From an uncultured Gammaproteobacteria bacterium (GTDB taxonomy: Bacteria; Patescibacteriota; Patescibacteriia; UBA9934; GWF2-40-263), in NCBI GenBank assembly GCA_964388785.1, contig CAYMBX010000002.1:1-48901 (forward strand): 48,901 nt of DNA, in the 5' to 3' direction. Numbering within the stretch: the stretch's first letter is position 1; the number at the start of each line of letters is the position of its first letter. The position numbers and the translations under genes were made by a program. The notes beneath the pieces are model-generated. The model searched no databases. It saw nothing but the letters and a program-made list of their open reading frames with translations, and was not told where the DNA came from. Shown here piece by piece: positions 23,863 through 34,170 of this stretch.

Positions 23863-24647
23863 GAGGTTACTCCTCGAAGCCGAAAGGCTTCCGTTGATTG
23901 TGTTCTTCCAAACGCACGTTGGCGTATCTGTGTTAGTTGCCGATTGAGTACGCGCGCATCCTGGGGGCGTGCGAGCGGATCGCGTCGAATCATCGAAGCG
24001 ATCAATGCACGAAGATCGGTATGCATGTCCGTAGGCAAACTTCCGTTAAGAATGTTGCCACCGGAGATGAACACAGCCGTCATTCCGAGCGAGTAGAGAT
24101 CGCTCGCCGGAATCGGGGGAAGGGATTGTTGGAATTCTGGTGGAAGATAGAACGGTGTTCCGCCTTTGGCTTGCGAACGGGCGTTCGGGTCCTGGAGCGA
24201 AAGACCGAAGTCGACGAGCACCGCGTTGTGGACGGGAATATCAAGGACGATATTGGCCGGCTTGATGTCGCAATGGACAATCCGATGGAAGTGCAAATAG
24301 CTCAATGCATCCAACACGCGCTGGAGGATCCAACAGATGTGTTCATCGTCGATCGCTCCTTGTTCGCTCACGATCTTTTGCAGATTGTCACCCGCAATGA
24401 ATGACATGACGGCAACCGCGCCGTAATCAGATGTTTCTAGATACTCCTTGAGGGTGGGGAGAGAGGCGTGGTGGATGTTCCAAAGAAGCTTGGCTTCCTC
24501 GCGGAAGAGCCGAATATACGTGGGATTACCGGTTTTTTCTTGCTTGATGCAGACGGGTTCACGCAGGAGTCGGTGTCGTCCTAGAAACGTCCGACCGAAC
24601 GCCCCTTCCGTGATTTTGTGTTCAACCGTGTAGGATCCGATGTTCAT
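23859..24647 (-). CDS. Hanks-type Ser/Thr protein kinase, catalytic domain only, non-RD (HCD)
   Basis: ITEGAFGRTF (Gly loop), VCIKQ (catalytic Lys), HRIVHCDIKPANIVL, VDFGLS, GTPFYLPPE. 262 aa with no TM or sensor domain. Confidence 0.85.
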   Translation of the reverse strand: MNIGSYTVEHKITEGAFGRTFLGRHRLLREPVCIKQEKTGNPTYIRLFREEAKLLWNIHHASLPTLKEYLETSDYGAVAVMSFIAGDNLQKIVSEQGAIDDEHICWILQRVLDALSYLHFHRIVHCDIKPANIVLDIPVHNAVLVDFGLSLQDPNARSQAKGGTPFYLPPEFQQSLPPIPASDLYSLGMTAVFISGGNILNGSLPTDMHTDLRALIASMIRRDPLARPQDARVLNRQLTQIRQRAFGRTQSTEAFRLRGVTS

Positions 24648-25246
24648 GCTTGTCTCCGAAGCCGTTTGATCGAACGTGTGAGATTGCGCTTTGCGCGCGC
24701 CTCCAAACGATTGTGTAGATCTTGTGTGTGGAAAATCGGATCACGTGCCAGAAAGCGGCTGAGGATGCAGAGCCGGGCTTCACGGAATTGATCATCCGGG
24801 ACGAAACCGTACTCTTTGCGGATGTTGGTTTCGTAGCGACCGAACGTACGCACATCAGCGCCGAGAATCGACAGATCTATGTCGATGAGTAAACGTGTGT
24901 CCGACTGTGCCGGAACGCCCGTGTGCATCGTCGCCATAATGAGCGCGTATACCCGCGGCGACTTCAGGAGTGTCTGGGAGAGTTCTGCACTCCGTTGTTC
25001 GTTGTCGTGTCGGCTGGGATCGTAGATCGCGTCGTGGAACCACCAGGCGAGCTCGAGCAGATCCGGTGCTTTTGCGAGATGACGAATTCGATCGAGTTCT
25101 GTCAGCCCATGTTCGATATGTTCGAATGTATGGTAGTGACGGTGGGACTCGCGGTAGTGTTCGACAAGTCGGCGAAACCACGTATGCGCATCACCACTTA
25201 GACCCAGTGCACACCACAGTCGAATCCATCGTTGTGTCATGTTCAT
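24644..25246 (-). CDS. HD-superfamily metal-dependent phosphohydrolase (COG4339-like)
   Basis: WIRLWCALG...LVEHYRESHRHYHTFEHIEH...LAWWFHDAIYD is the pattern of the small predicted HD hydrolases often mis-annotated as an NMDA receptor subunit. Confidence 0.6.
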   Translation of the reverse strand: MNMTQRWIRLWCALGLSGDAHTWFRRLVEHYRESHRHYHTFEHIEHGLTELDRIRHLAKAPDLLELAWWFHDAIYDPSRHDNEQRSAELSQTLLKSPRVYALIMATMHTGVPAQSDTRLLIDIDLSILGADVRTFGRYETNIRKEYGFVPDDQFREARLCILSRFLARDPIFHTQDLHNRLEARAKRNLTRSIKRLRRQA

Positions 25247-26418
25247 AGAACCTCCAGGGTGGGGAATAGGGTTGTACGAATGGTCGTGAGTAGTTGCGCG
25301 ATTCGATCGTGGGCGTCCACAGAGACACGGTTATCAAATGTCAGAATCTGACCGTGGCCGTTCGCATCCACATGTCGCTGTAGCTGGTTGACCTTCCGCT
25401 CCACGCTCCACTGCAGTTCGGCCATTCGCGCCAGCTGCTGTACCTCAATGCCGCGACGCTCTGCGAGTTGGGCGCGATCGCTTGACTCAACTACGAGGAC
25501 ATTGTGGTTAGTCCAATGACTCACGTGCATCTCGGCAAGCTGCGCCCATTCGATCAGGATCAGACCACGGGCGTTCGACAGTGCGGTTCGTTGCAAACGT
25601 TGCACGTGCGGTCGCACGTGCATTTCCACCTGTCTGCGCAATTGGCTTGGTGTCTGGGGATCGAACAGGACGGAAGCCATTGCTGTGCGATCGATCTCAC
25701 ATCCATTCGCCGTCAGGATTCTTGGTCCTAACAGGCGTCCCAGTTCTTCGCGCAATCGTTGAGCCCCCGGCGTCTGTTCGCGGTATAGATCACGGATGAG
25801 CTGGTCCACATTGATCAAATGGACGGGAAGACCGACCGCTCGTGCTTGTTCTGCAAGTTGTGCACAAACCCAGGTTTTCCCTGTAGCGATTTCACCGGTG
25901 ATACCCAATTTGAACTGTTTGTGCATGCGTTCCTCGATTGCTTGCTTCACAAACACGGGTACCATCGTCGAGATGTCTGCGTGGTGGCTCGCAAAGGCTT
26001 TGACGAGTGTCGAGGAAATGTGACGAAAATCCGGTGCAGAAGGCAGATAGACTACTGCATCCGCGAGCGAAGGGTGGATCATTGTGTGATAGCTCATTTG
26101 TTCTTCTTCATAACGTTGATCCGATTCATTGCGGATACCGCGATAGAGGACGTCGCATCCCTGCTCCAGAAAGACATCAACTAACAGTCCGCGCGAACAC
26201 ACGACAGACACCGTGGGCAGGTGTGCGGTCGCGCGTGCTGCCATGGCCATTCGTTCCTCCAGAGAAAAGAGATACGTGCCTTTCTTGTTGTCATTGTTTG
26301 CGATGAGGACAAGAAGTTCTCGGCAGCAATGTCGTGCCGAGTCAATCAGATGGAGATGACCGTTCGTGATCGGATCGGCGGAAAGGACGACTAATCCTTT
26401 GTGGTGATCGGCGCTCAT
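25243..26418 (-). CDS. Fusion protein: phosphopantetheine adenylyltransferase (CoaD-like) plus dephospho-CoA kinase (CoaE-like)
   Basis: N-domain VVLSADPITNGHLHLID (HxGH class) and HISSTLVK (ISST). C-domain LGITGEIATGKTWV P-loop in CoaE context (INVDQLIRDLY...). First gene of the overlapping operon. Confidence 0.75.
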   Translation of the reverse strand: MSADHHKGLVVLSADPITNGHLHLIDSARHCCRELLVLIANNDNKKGTYLFSLEERMAMAARATAHLPTVSVVCSRGLLVDVFLEQGCDVLYRGIRNESDQRYEEEQMSYHTMIHPSLADAVVYLPSAPDFRHISSTLVKAFASHHADISTMVPVFVKQAIEERMHKQFKLGITGEIATGKTWVCAQLAEQARAVGLPVHLINVDQLIRDLYREQTPGAQRLREELGRLLGPRILTANGCEIDRTAMASVLFDPQTPSQLRRQVEMHVRPHVQRLQRTALSNARGLILIEWAQLAEMHVSHWTNHNVLVVESSDRAQLAERRGIEVQQLARMAELQWSVERKVNQLQRHVDANGHGQILTFDNRVSVDAHDRIAQLLTTIRTTLFPTLEVL

Positions 26419-26534
26419 GATGCCTCCAGGTTGTAAGGAGCTAATCGCAGCATAAATCGAATAGCAAAATTGAGGGCGTTATCTGCTCATTTCAATTGAC
26501 TTTTTTTCAAATCGTTGGACTTTTTGTTTAAATT

Positions 26535-26554
26535 TTGACGAAAATTTTCGTCAA
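26535..26554. promoter_or_regulatory. Perfect 20-bp palindrome TTGACGAAAATTTTCGTCAA (candidate operator, also a -35-like TTGACG)
   Basis: Exact self-complementarity. Lies 8 nt upstream of the TrmB-family regulator start codon. Confidence 0.6.
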
Positions 26555-26561
26555 CAGTAGC

Positions 26562-27320
26562 ATGTTCTCTATGCCCACTTCCGTAGAAACACTTCTGAAG
26601 GATCTGCACCTGACCGAAAAAGAAACCACGGTGTATCTCGCTTCTTTGCATTTGGGTGAAGCGACGATTCAACAGATCGCACACAAGGCGAAGTTGCCAC
26701 GTACGACCGTCGCCAGTATTTTGAGTCGTCTCAAAGAGTTGGGATATGTGACCGCGCACCGATCAAAAGGGAAGTTGATGTATTGGATCGAAGATCCGCA
26801 TGTGCTTGTGGAACAGGAACGTGCGAGGTTTGACGTCGTTGAACAACTTGCCGCTCAACTCCACACGCAGTACCACAGTGCAGATAAAACACCACAGGCA
26901 TTTGTCTACGATACAAAAGAGGCACTGACGAATATGATCGTGAAAGTAGTCGATGAACTGAATAAAGGCGACGAAATTCTTGTATTTGAAGCACCAGCCG
27001 GGGAACATTATCAAGCGGTCATCTCAGACGAACTTTTTCGATCGCTTGCGGAAAAGAAGATGAAGCGTGGCGTTCGTACGCGTGCACTGATCCCTGGGGC
27101 ACAGAAATCGTTTGTTCGTGCATGGACACCCAAATATAACGTCTTTCTTCGGACACTTCCGGCCGGATTAGGATTCGATTTCTCCCTATGGATTTTTCAC
27201 AACTCCATTGTGTTATTTTCAGGAACACACACGTTTGCCGTTCGTATCAATCATCGTCACATGAAAGAGAGCATGGCCTCTTTGTTCGAACATTTTTGGG
27301 AAATAGCGGGACCTGTTTAG
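26562..27320 (+). CDS. TrmB-family transcriptional regulator
   Basis: N-terminal wHTH: LLKDLHLTEKETTVYLASLHLGEATIQQIAHKAKLPRTTVASILSRLKELGYV. ATG 26562 preferred over TTG 26535, which lies inside the palindrome. Confidence 0.7.
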   Translation: MFSMPTSVETLLKDLHLTEKETTVYLASLHLGEATIQQIAHKAKLPRTTVASILSRLKELGYVTAHRSKGKLMYWIEDPHVLVEQERARFDVVEQLAAQLHTQYHSADKTPQAFVYDTKEALTNMIVKVVDELNKGDEILVFEAPAGEHYQAVISDELFRSLAEKKMKRGVRTRALIPGAQKSFVRAWTPKYNVFLRTLPAGLGFDFSLWIFHNSIVLFSGTHTFAVRINHRHMKESMASLFEHFWEIAGPV

Positions 27321-27428
27321 CGTTTTACTGTCTGTTCGACATTTGTTCGTGTCATGTGTTATGATATTGGCACAACAAATCTGATCCCACCCCTAGGGTA
27401 GAACAACCCGAGGGGACATTCTGGTTTT

Positions 27429-29435
<2,007 letters not shown>

Positions 29436-29438
29436 GAT

Positions 29439-31952
29439 ATGCATGACAAAATCACCATCAAAGGGGCACGGGAACATAATCTCAAAAATATTTCGCTTGA
29501 GCTGCCGCGCAACAAGCTGATTTGCATAACAGGCGTCTCGGGTTCAGGCAAATCCAGTTTAGCCTTCGATACGATTTTTGCGGAAGGACAACGTCGTTAT
29601 GTGGAATCATTATCCGCGTACGCGCGGCAATTTTTGGGACAGATGGAAAAGCCGGATGTCGATGAAATCGAAGGATTGTCGCCTGGGATTTCGATCGACC
29701 AAAAAGCGCATTCCAACAATCCTCGATCAACCGTGGCAACCATTACCGAGATTTATGATTATTTGCGCGTGCTCTACGCCCGTGTCGGACAGCCGCACTG
29801 CGTGAAATGTAAATCCGTGATTCAGAAATTGACGAACGAAGAAATGGTGGATGTGGTGCTGGAGGGAATAGAGAGTAGACAAGCGGTAAAGGGAGGAAAA
29901 GGAAATATCAAAATTCTTGCGCCGGTGGTGCTTGGACGCAAAGGGGAGTATTACCAACTGCTTTACGATCTGTATAATAGCGGTTTTGCGCGCGTGCGTA
30001 TCGACGGAAAAGAACATCGGTTAGATCAGTCGATTAAACTTGCGCGTTATCAACAGCATACGATTGAGGTGGTGATTGACACGATTCCCATTGGACAAGA
30101 CAAGGCGTTTCGTCAGCGATTGGCTGAGGCGCTGGAAACAGCAGTGGAGCGAGGGAACGATGTCGCGACCATTGTCTATCCGGATGGGATCGAGCAGATG
30201 CTTTCCTCAAAATTCAGCTGCCCTAAGGACGGATTTTCCTTTCCGGAAATCGAACCACGTCTGTTTTCGTTCAATTCTCCTTATGGAGCTTGTTCGCAGT
30301 GTACGGGGCTTGGAACGGCAGAATTGTTTAGTGAAGAATTGTGTGGAAAGTGTTCCGGCGCTCGGCTTCGCGAGGAAGCGTTGCATGTTTGGTTGCCGAC
30401 CGCCGTTTCGATTGTCGATGTCACAAAGATGTCCATCGATGAGGCGGGAACGTATTTTCAATCCATCACGCTGACAGAAAAACAAAGAGAAATCTCGAGT
30501 TCTATCCTCAAAGAGATTCAAAGTCGCCTGCAATTTATGCTGGACGTGGGCTTGCACTATCTCACACTCGACCGTATGGCCGGTACGCTTTCAGGCGGGG
30601 AAGCACAGCGGATTCGTCTGGCGTCCCAAGTTGGGACGCGGCTCGTCGGCGCAATGTATGTACTCGATGAACCGACCATTGGCTTACATCAGCGCGATAA
30701 TGATCGTCTCATCCAAACACTCGAACAACTGCGTGATGCCGGGAATACCGTCATTGTCGTCGAGCACGATGAAGATACCATTCTTGCGTCTGACTATATG
30801 GTTGAAATCGGGCCGGGTGCCGGAATTCACGGCGGACAGGTGATTGCGGCCGGGACAACACCGAAAATTTTTGAAGACAAGAAATCGCTTACCGCTGCCT
30901 ATTTGCGTGGAGATGAAAAGATCCCTATTCCAGCAGAACGTCGAACTGTCGGGAAAGATGCGATTAAAATAAAGGGTGCGTCCCAGAATAACCTGAAAAA
31001 TATTGATGTCGAAATTCCACTTCGTCGGTTTGTGTGTGTGACCGGCGTGTCTGGATCCGGGAAATCAACATTGGCTTACGAAACAATGTATAAAGCGATC
31101 GCCAAACGTCTGTACGGAAGCAAACATACTCCAGGAACTCACAGGTCACTTCTAGGAATTGAATATATCGACAAAGCGATTCTCATCGACCAATCGGCCA
31201 TTGGAAGAACGTCTCGATCCAATCCGGCAACGTACACGGGTGCGTGGGGACCCATTCGAGAACTGTTCGCCGCAACGGCCGAAGCGCGATATCGAGGGTA
31301 TAAGCCGGGTCGTTTCAGTTTTAATAGACCTGGCGGTCGATGCGAACATTGCGAGGGGCACGGCGTCATTGCGATTGAAATGCACTTTCTCCCGACGGTG
31401 TATGTGAAATGCGATGTGTGCAAAGGTCGGCGATTTGATCGTGAAACGCTTGAAATAGAGTACAAAGAAAAAAATATCTACCAAGTGCTAGAAATGACGA
31501 TTGAAGAGGCGGCGGAATTTTTTAAAGATATTCCTTTTGTCTATGACAAACTTTCCACTCTCAATGAGGTCGGTTTATCGTATGTAAAACTTGGGCAGCC
31601 TGCACCAACACTTTCGGGCGGGGAAGCGCAACGCGTCAAATTGGCGACAGAACTCGCTAAGCGTCAAACGGGTCGTACCCTCTACTTACTTGACGAACCA
31701 ACGACAGGTTTGCATTTTGCAGACGTTAAAAAATTGCTTGAAGTTCTGCATACGCTCGTCGACAAAGGAAATAGTGTGATTGTGATCGAGCATAACTTGG
31801 ACGTGATTAAAACCGCAGATTGGCTCATTGATCTTGGGCCGGAAGGTGGGGATTTGGGAGGGAAGGTGGTCTATGCCGGCACGCCGGAGGAAGTGGCGCG
31901 GCATGCAAAAAGTTATACAGGACAATATCTCAAGCGAATGCTGAAAAAATGA
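29439..31952 (+). CDS. uvrA: Excinuclease ABC subunit A, short form (837 aa) lacking the insertion domain
   Basis: Two ABC modules ([12 protein letters not shown]; [12 protein letters not shown]; LSGGEAQR twice). UvrB-binding region present. Only 9 residues (TAELFSEEL) separate CSQCTGLG from CGKCSGARL, where E. coli UvrA has over 100 aa. Confidence 0.9.
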   Translation: MHDKITIKGAREHNLKNISLELPRNKLICITGVSGSGKSSLAFDTIFAEGQRRYVESLSAYARQFLGQMEKPDVDEIEGLSPGISIDQKAHSNNPRSTVATITEIYDYLRVLYARVGQPHCVKCKSVIQKLTNEEMVDVVLEGIESRQAVKGGKGNIKILAPVVLGRKGEYYQLLYDLYNSGFARVRIDGKEHRLDQSIKLARYQQHTIEVVIDTIPIGQDKAFRQRLAEALETAVERGNDVATIVYPDGIEQMLSSKFSCPKDGFSFPEIEPRLFSFNSPYGACSQCTGLGTAELFSEELCGKCSGARLREEALHVWLPTAVSIVDVTKMSIDEAGTYFQSITLTEKQREISSSILKEIQSRLQFMLDVGLHYLTLDRMAGTLSGGEAQRIRLASQVGTRLVGAMYVLDEPTIGLHQRDNDRLIQTLEQLRDAGNTVIVVEHDEDTILASDYMVEIGPGAGIHGGQVIAAGTTPKIFEDKKSLTAAYLRGDEKIPIPAERRTVGKDAIKIKGASQNNLKNIDVEIPLRRFVCVTGVSGSGKSTLAYETMYKAIAKRLYGSKHTPGTHRSLLGIEYIDKAILIDQSAIGRTSRSNPATYTGAWGPIRELFAATAEARYRGYKPGRFSFNRPGGRCEHCEGHGVIAIEMHFLPTVYVKCDVCKGRRFDRETLEIEYKEKNIYQVLEMTIEEAAEFFKDIPFVYDKLSTLNEVGLSYVKLGQPAPTLSGGEAQRVKLATELAKRQTGRTLYLLDEPTTGLHFADVKKLLEVLHTLVDKGNSVIVIEHNLDVIKTADWLIDLGPEGGDLGGKVVYAGTPEEVARHAKSYTGQYLKRMLKK

Positions 31953-31962
31953 ACGTGGAACA

Positions 31963-32523
31963 TTACTTCACCACCAGTGTTCCTTCCATCCCTTGCGCCC
32001 GGTGTGAACCGATGTCGCAATAAAATGGATATGTCCCCGGTTCTTTTGGAGCGGTGAATGACAGGGCCTCGCCTTGCTTTACCGCATGTTTAAGACTAAT
32101 TTCATCGATCACGAATGTGTGAAATCCCACATTTTTTGTGAACATGATTTGGACTTTCTCTCCGGCGTTCACTTCAATGTTTTTTGGGGAGAAGGAGAAG
32201 TTTGTGGCTTCCATGTCGATTTTTGTCTTCGCATCCCCAAGAACGAAATCAACTACAGGAACATCCGCATCTTCTTCCGCAGAAACAGATTCTTCCGTTT
32301 CCACGATAATTTCGGCTCCTTCATCGGTCTTGATCGTCGTTTCCGTTTTCAACCCAGCTTTTGTTTCCACGGACGCATCCGGATACTCGGCAACCGCTTC
32401 TTCACCACCGTTGTCTGCCGTCGTATCCGTTGATTCTGTCTTGAGATCGGTTTGAGAAATCGTCTTTGCCGTACAGCCAGCACCCGCGAGGATCAGGAGG
32501 AGAAAGAGGGCAAGATATTTCAT
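31963..32523 (-). CDS. Cupredoxin (plastocyanin/azurin-like blue copper) lipoprotein
   Basis: Lipobox LAGAGC, acidic linker, then the type-1 Cu site pattern GFHTFVI...YPFYCDIGSHRAQGMEG. Confidence 0.75.
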   Translation of the reverse strand: MKYLALFLLLILAGAGCTAKTISQTDLKTESTDTTADNGGEEAVAEYPDASVETKAGLKTETTIKTDEGAEIIVETEESVSAEEDADVPVVDFVLGDAKTKIDMEATNFSFSPKNIEVNAGEKVQIMFTKNVGFHTFVIDEISLKHAVKQGEALSFTAPKEPGTYPFYCDIGSHRAQGMEGTLVVK

Positions 32524-32528
32524 AAAAG

Positions 32529-32560
32529 AGGTTTTAGGTGATAGGTTTTAGGTGATAGGT
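32529..32560. repeat. 14-bp tandem repeat AGGTTTTAGGTGAT, 2 copies plus a partial third
   Basis: Units at 32529-32542 and 32543-32556, then AGGT. Each unit contains an SD-like AGGTGAT. Lies in the divergent spacer between the cupredoxin gene and uvrC. Confidence 0.85.
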
Positions 32561-33895
32561 AAATTAGCATATGTCATGATTCCCGCCAACGTACAGATCA
32601 AAAATCACCATTTGCCCGATGAGCCCGGGGTGTATTTTTATTACGACCAAAACGGCGTACTTCTGTATATTGGGAAGGCGACTTCACTGCGGTCGCGCGT
32701 GGGTTCCTACTTCACCAAAGCTCACGAGAACCGTATTGCAGAGATGGTTTCCCAAATCGCGCACATTGATTATCTCGTGACCCCAACCGTCATCGAGGCG
32801 TTGGTACTTGAAGCAAACCAGATCAAAGCGAAAAAACCCAAATACAATATTTTAATGCGGGATGACAAGAGTTTTTTATATCTTGTGATCACCAATGAAG
32901 ATTTTCCGCGCCCGCAGTTGTTGCGTGGCCATGAGCTCGAACGAATGGGAATCGATCCGTTTCGTCCAACACTGACAAAACAGACGGCAAAAAAATTTGT
33001 GCGCGTTTTTGGGCCTTATACAAGCAGCGCGTCGCTTAAAAAAGCCATGGATCTTATCCGGCGTGCGATTCCTTGGAGTGAGTGCGAGCCACCCGAAGTG
33101 AGCGGACGGACGCGTCCCTGTTTCAATGCTCATATCGGGAAATGTCCTGGTGTGTGCACGGGGAAAATTTCCAAGGCTGCCTATCGCGCAATCATGCGTC
33201 AGTTTATATTGTTTTTTGAAGGTAAAAAGGCACAATTGGTGCGTTCGATGCGAACACAGATGCAACGCGCGGCGAATGAACTGCGTTTTGAAGACGCGGC
33301 GGTGATTCGGCGCCATGTGTTTGCGCTCGAGCATATCCAAGATGTCGCCTTGATTTCAAAAGAAGATGTGGTGCTTCCGTACGCGTCCGTCAGGACGGAG
33401 GATTTGATCGATTTGAACGGACGCATCGAGGCATATGACATCAGCAACATTTCAGGAACGTCCGCGGTCGGATCGATGGTCGTGTTTGAAGAAGGGAGGC
33501 CGGCAAAAGCCCAATATCGAAAATTCAAAATCAAAACCGTTCAAGGATCAAATGATGTGGCGATGCTCGCTGAAGTGATCCGTCGGCGTCTCGCGCGCGC
33601 GCAGCGTTTTCCGATGGCGTGGCCGTTGCCTCAACTGCTGGTGATTGACGGAGGAGAAGGGCAAGTGAATCGCGTGCAAGAGGTGCTTGATGAACTGGAA
33701 GTTGATTTGCCGATCATTGGAATTGCAAAAGGGTTTGATCGCAAACAAGATCGGCTTGTGTTTGATCGAGGAAATCTTGAATTATTGCGTGTGGCAAAGC
33801 GAGGAAAAGAGTTATTTCAGCGGGCTCGAGACGAAGCGCACCGTTTTGCGGTACAATATCATCGTAAATTAAGATCAAAGCATTCGTTGGGGTGA
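32552..33895 (+). CDS. uvrC: Excinuclease ABC subunit C, short form without the C-terminal (HhH)2 domain (alternative start ATG 32576)
   Basis: GIY-YIG (PGVYFYYDQNGVLLYIGKATSLRSRV), UVR motif (ELRFEDAAVIRRHVFALEHI), endonuclease domain (IEAYDISN...). The protein ends just after ARDEAHRFAVQYHRKLR. Confidence 0.85.
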   Translation: MIGKLAYVMIPANVQIKNHHLPDEPGVYFYYDQNGVLLYIGKATSLRSRVGSYFTKAHENRIAEMVSQIAHIDYLVTPTVIEALVLEANQIKAKKPKYNILMRDDKSFLYLVITNEDFPRPQLLRGHELERMGIDPFRPTLTKQTAKKFVRVFGPYTSSASLKKAMDLIRRAIPWSECEPPEVSGRTRPCFNAHIGKCPGVCTGKISKAAYRAIMRQFILFFEGKKAQLVRSMRTQMQRAANELRFEDAAVIRRHVFALEHIQDVALISKEDVVLPYASVRTEDLIDLNGRIEAYDISNISGTSAVGSMVVFEEGRPAKAQYRKFKIKTVQGSNDVAMLAEVIRRRLARAQRFPMAWPLPQLLVIDGGEGQVNRVQEVLDELEVDLPIIGIAKGFDRKQDRLVFDRGNLELLRVAKRGKELFQRARDEAHRFAVQYHRKLRSKHSLG

Positions 33896-34170
33896 GAGAA
33901 AAACTAATTCTCTGTTCTATGCTCTCAAAAAACAAACACGCCCTCGTCGAGGCGCTTGGGTGGTATGGAGTTGGGGCGATTTTGGTTGCGTACGCACTGT
34001 TAAGTTTCAACATTCTTTCGGCGGATGAACCAATGTATCAACTGCTCAACCTCTCAGGAGCACTCACGATTATTCTTGATGCCTGGGTCGATCGCAATTA
34101 TCAGCCGGTCGTGCTGAATGTGATCTGGTTGGCCATTGCGCTCATTGCGCTCGCCCGTATTTTTCTGTGA
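33892..34170 (+). CDS. Small (about 83-92 aa) three-TM membrane protein
   Basis: Hydrophobic segments WYGVGAILVAYALLSF, LLNLSGALTIILDAW and VVLNVIWLAIALIALARIF. Start uncertain (GTG 33892 or ATG 33919). Confidence 0.45.
   Translation: MREKLILCSMLSKNKHALVEALGWYGVGAILVAYALLSFNILSADEPMYQLLNLSGALTIILDAWVDRNYQPVVLNVIWLAIALIALARIFL

Noticed and set aside
27330-27350. Possible LexA/Cheo SOS box upstream of uvrB (GTTCGACATTTGTTCG)
   Set aside because: The two GTTCG words are direct, not inverted, so the CGAAC-N4-GTTCG palindrome required for a Cheo-type box is absent. No lexA gene is visible to support the idea.
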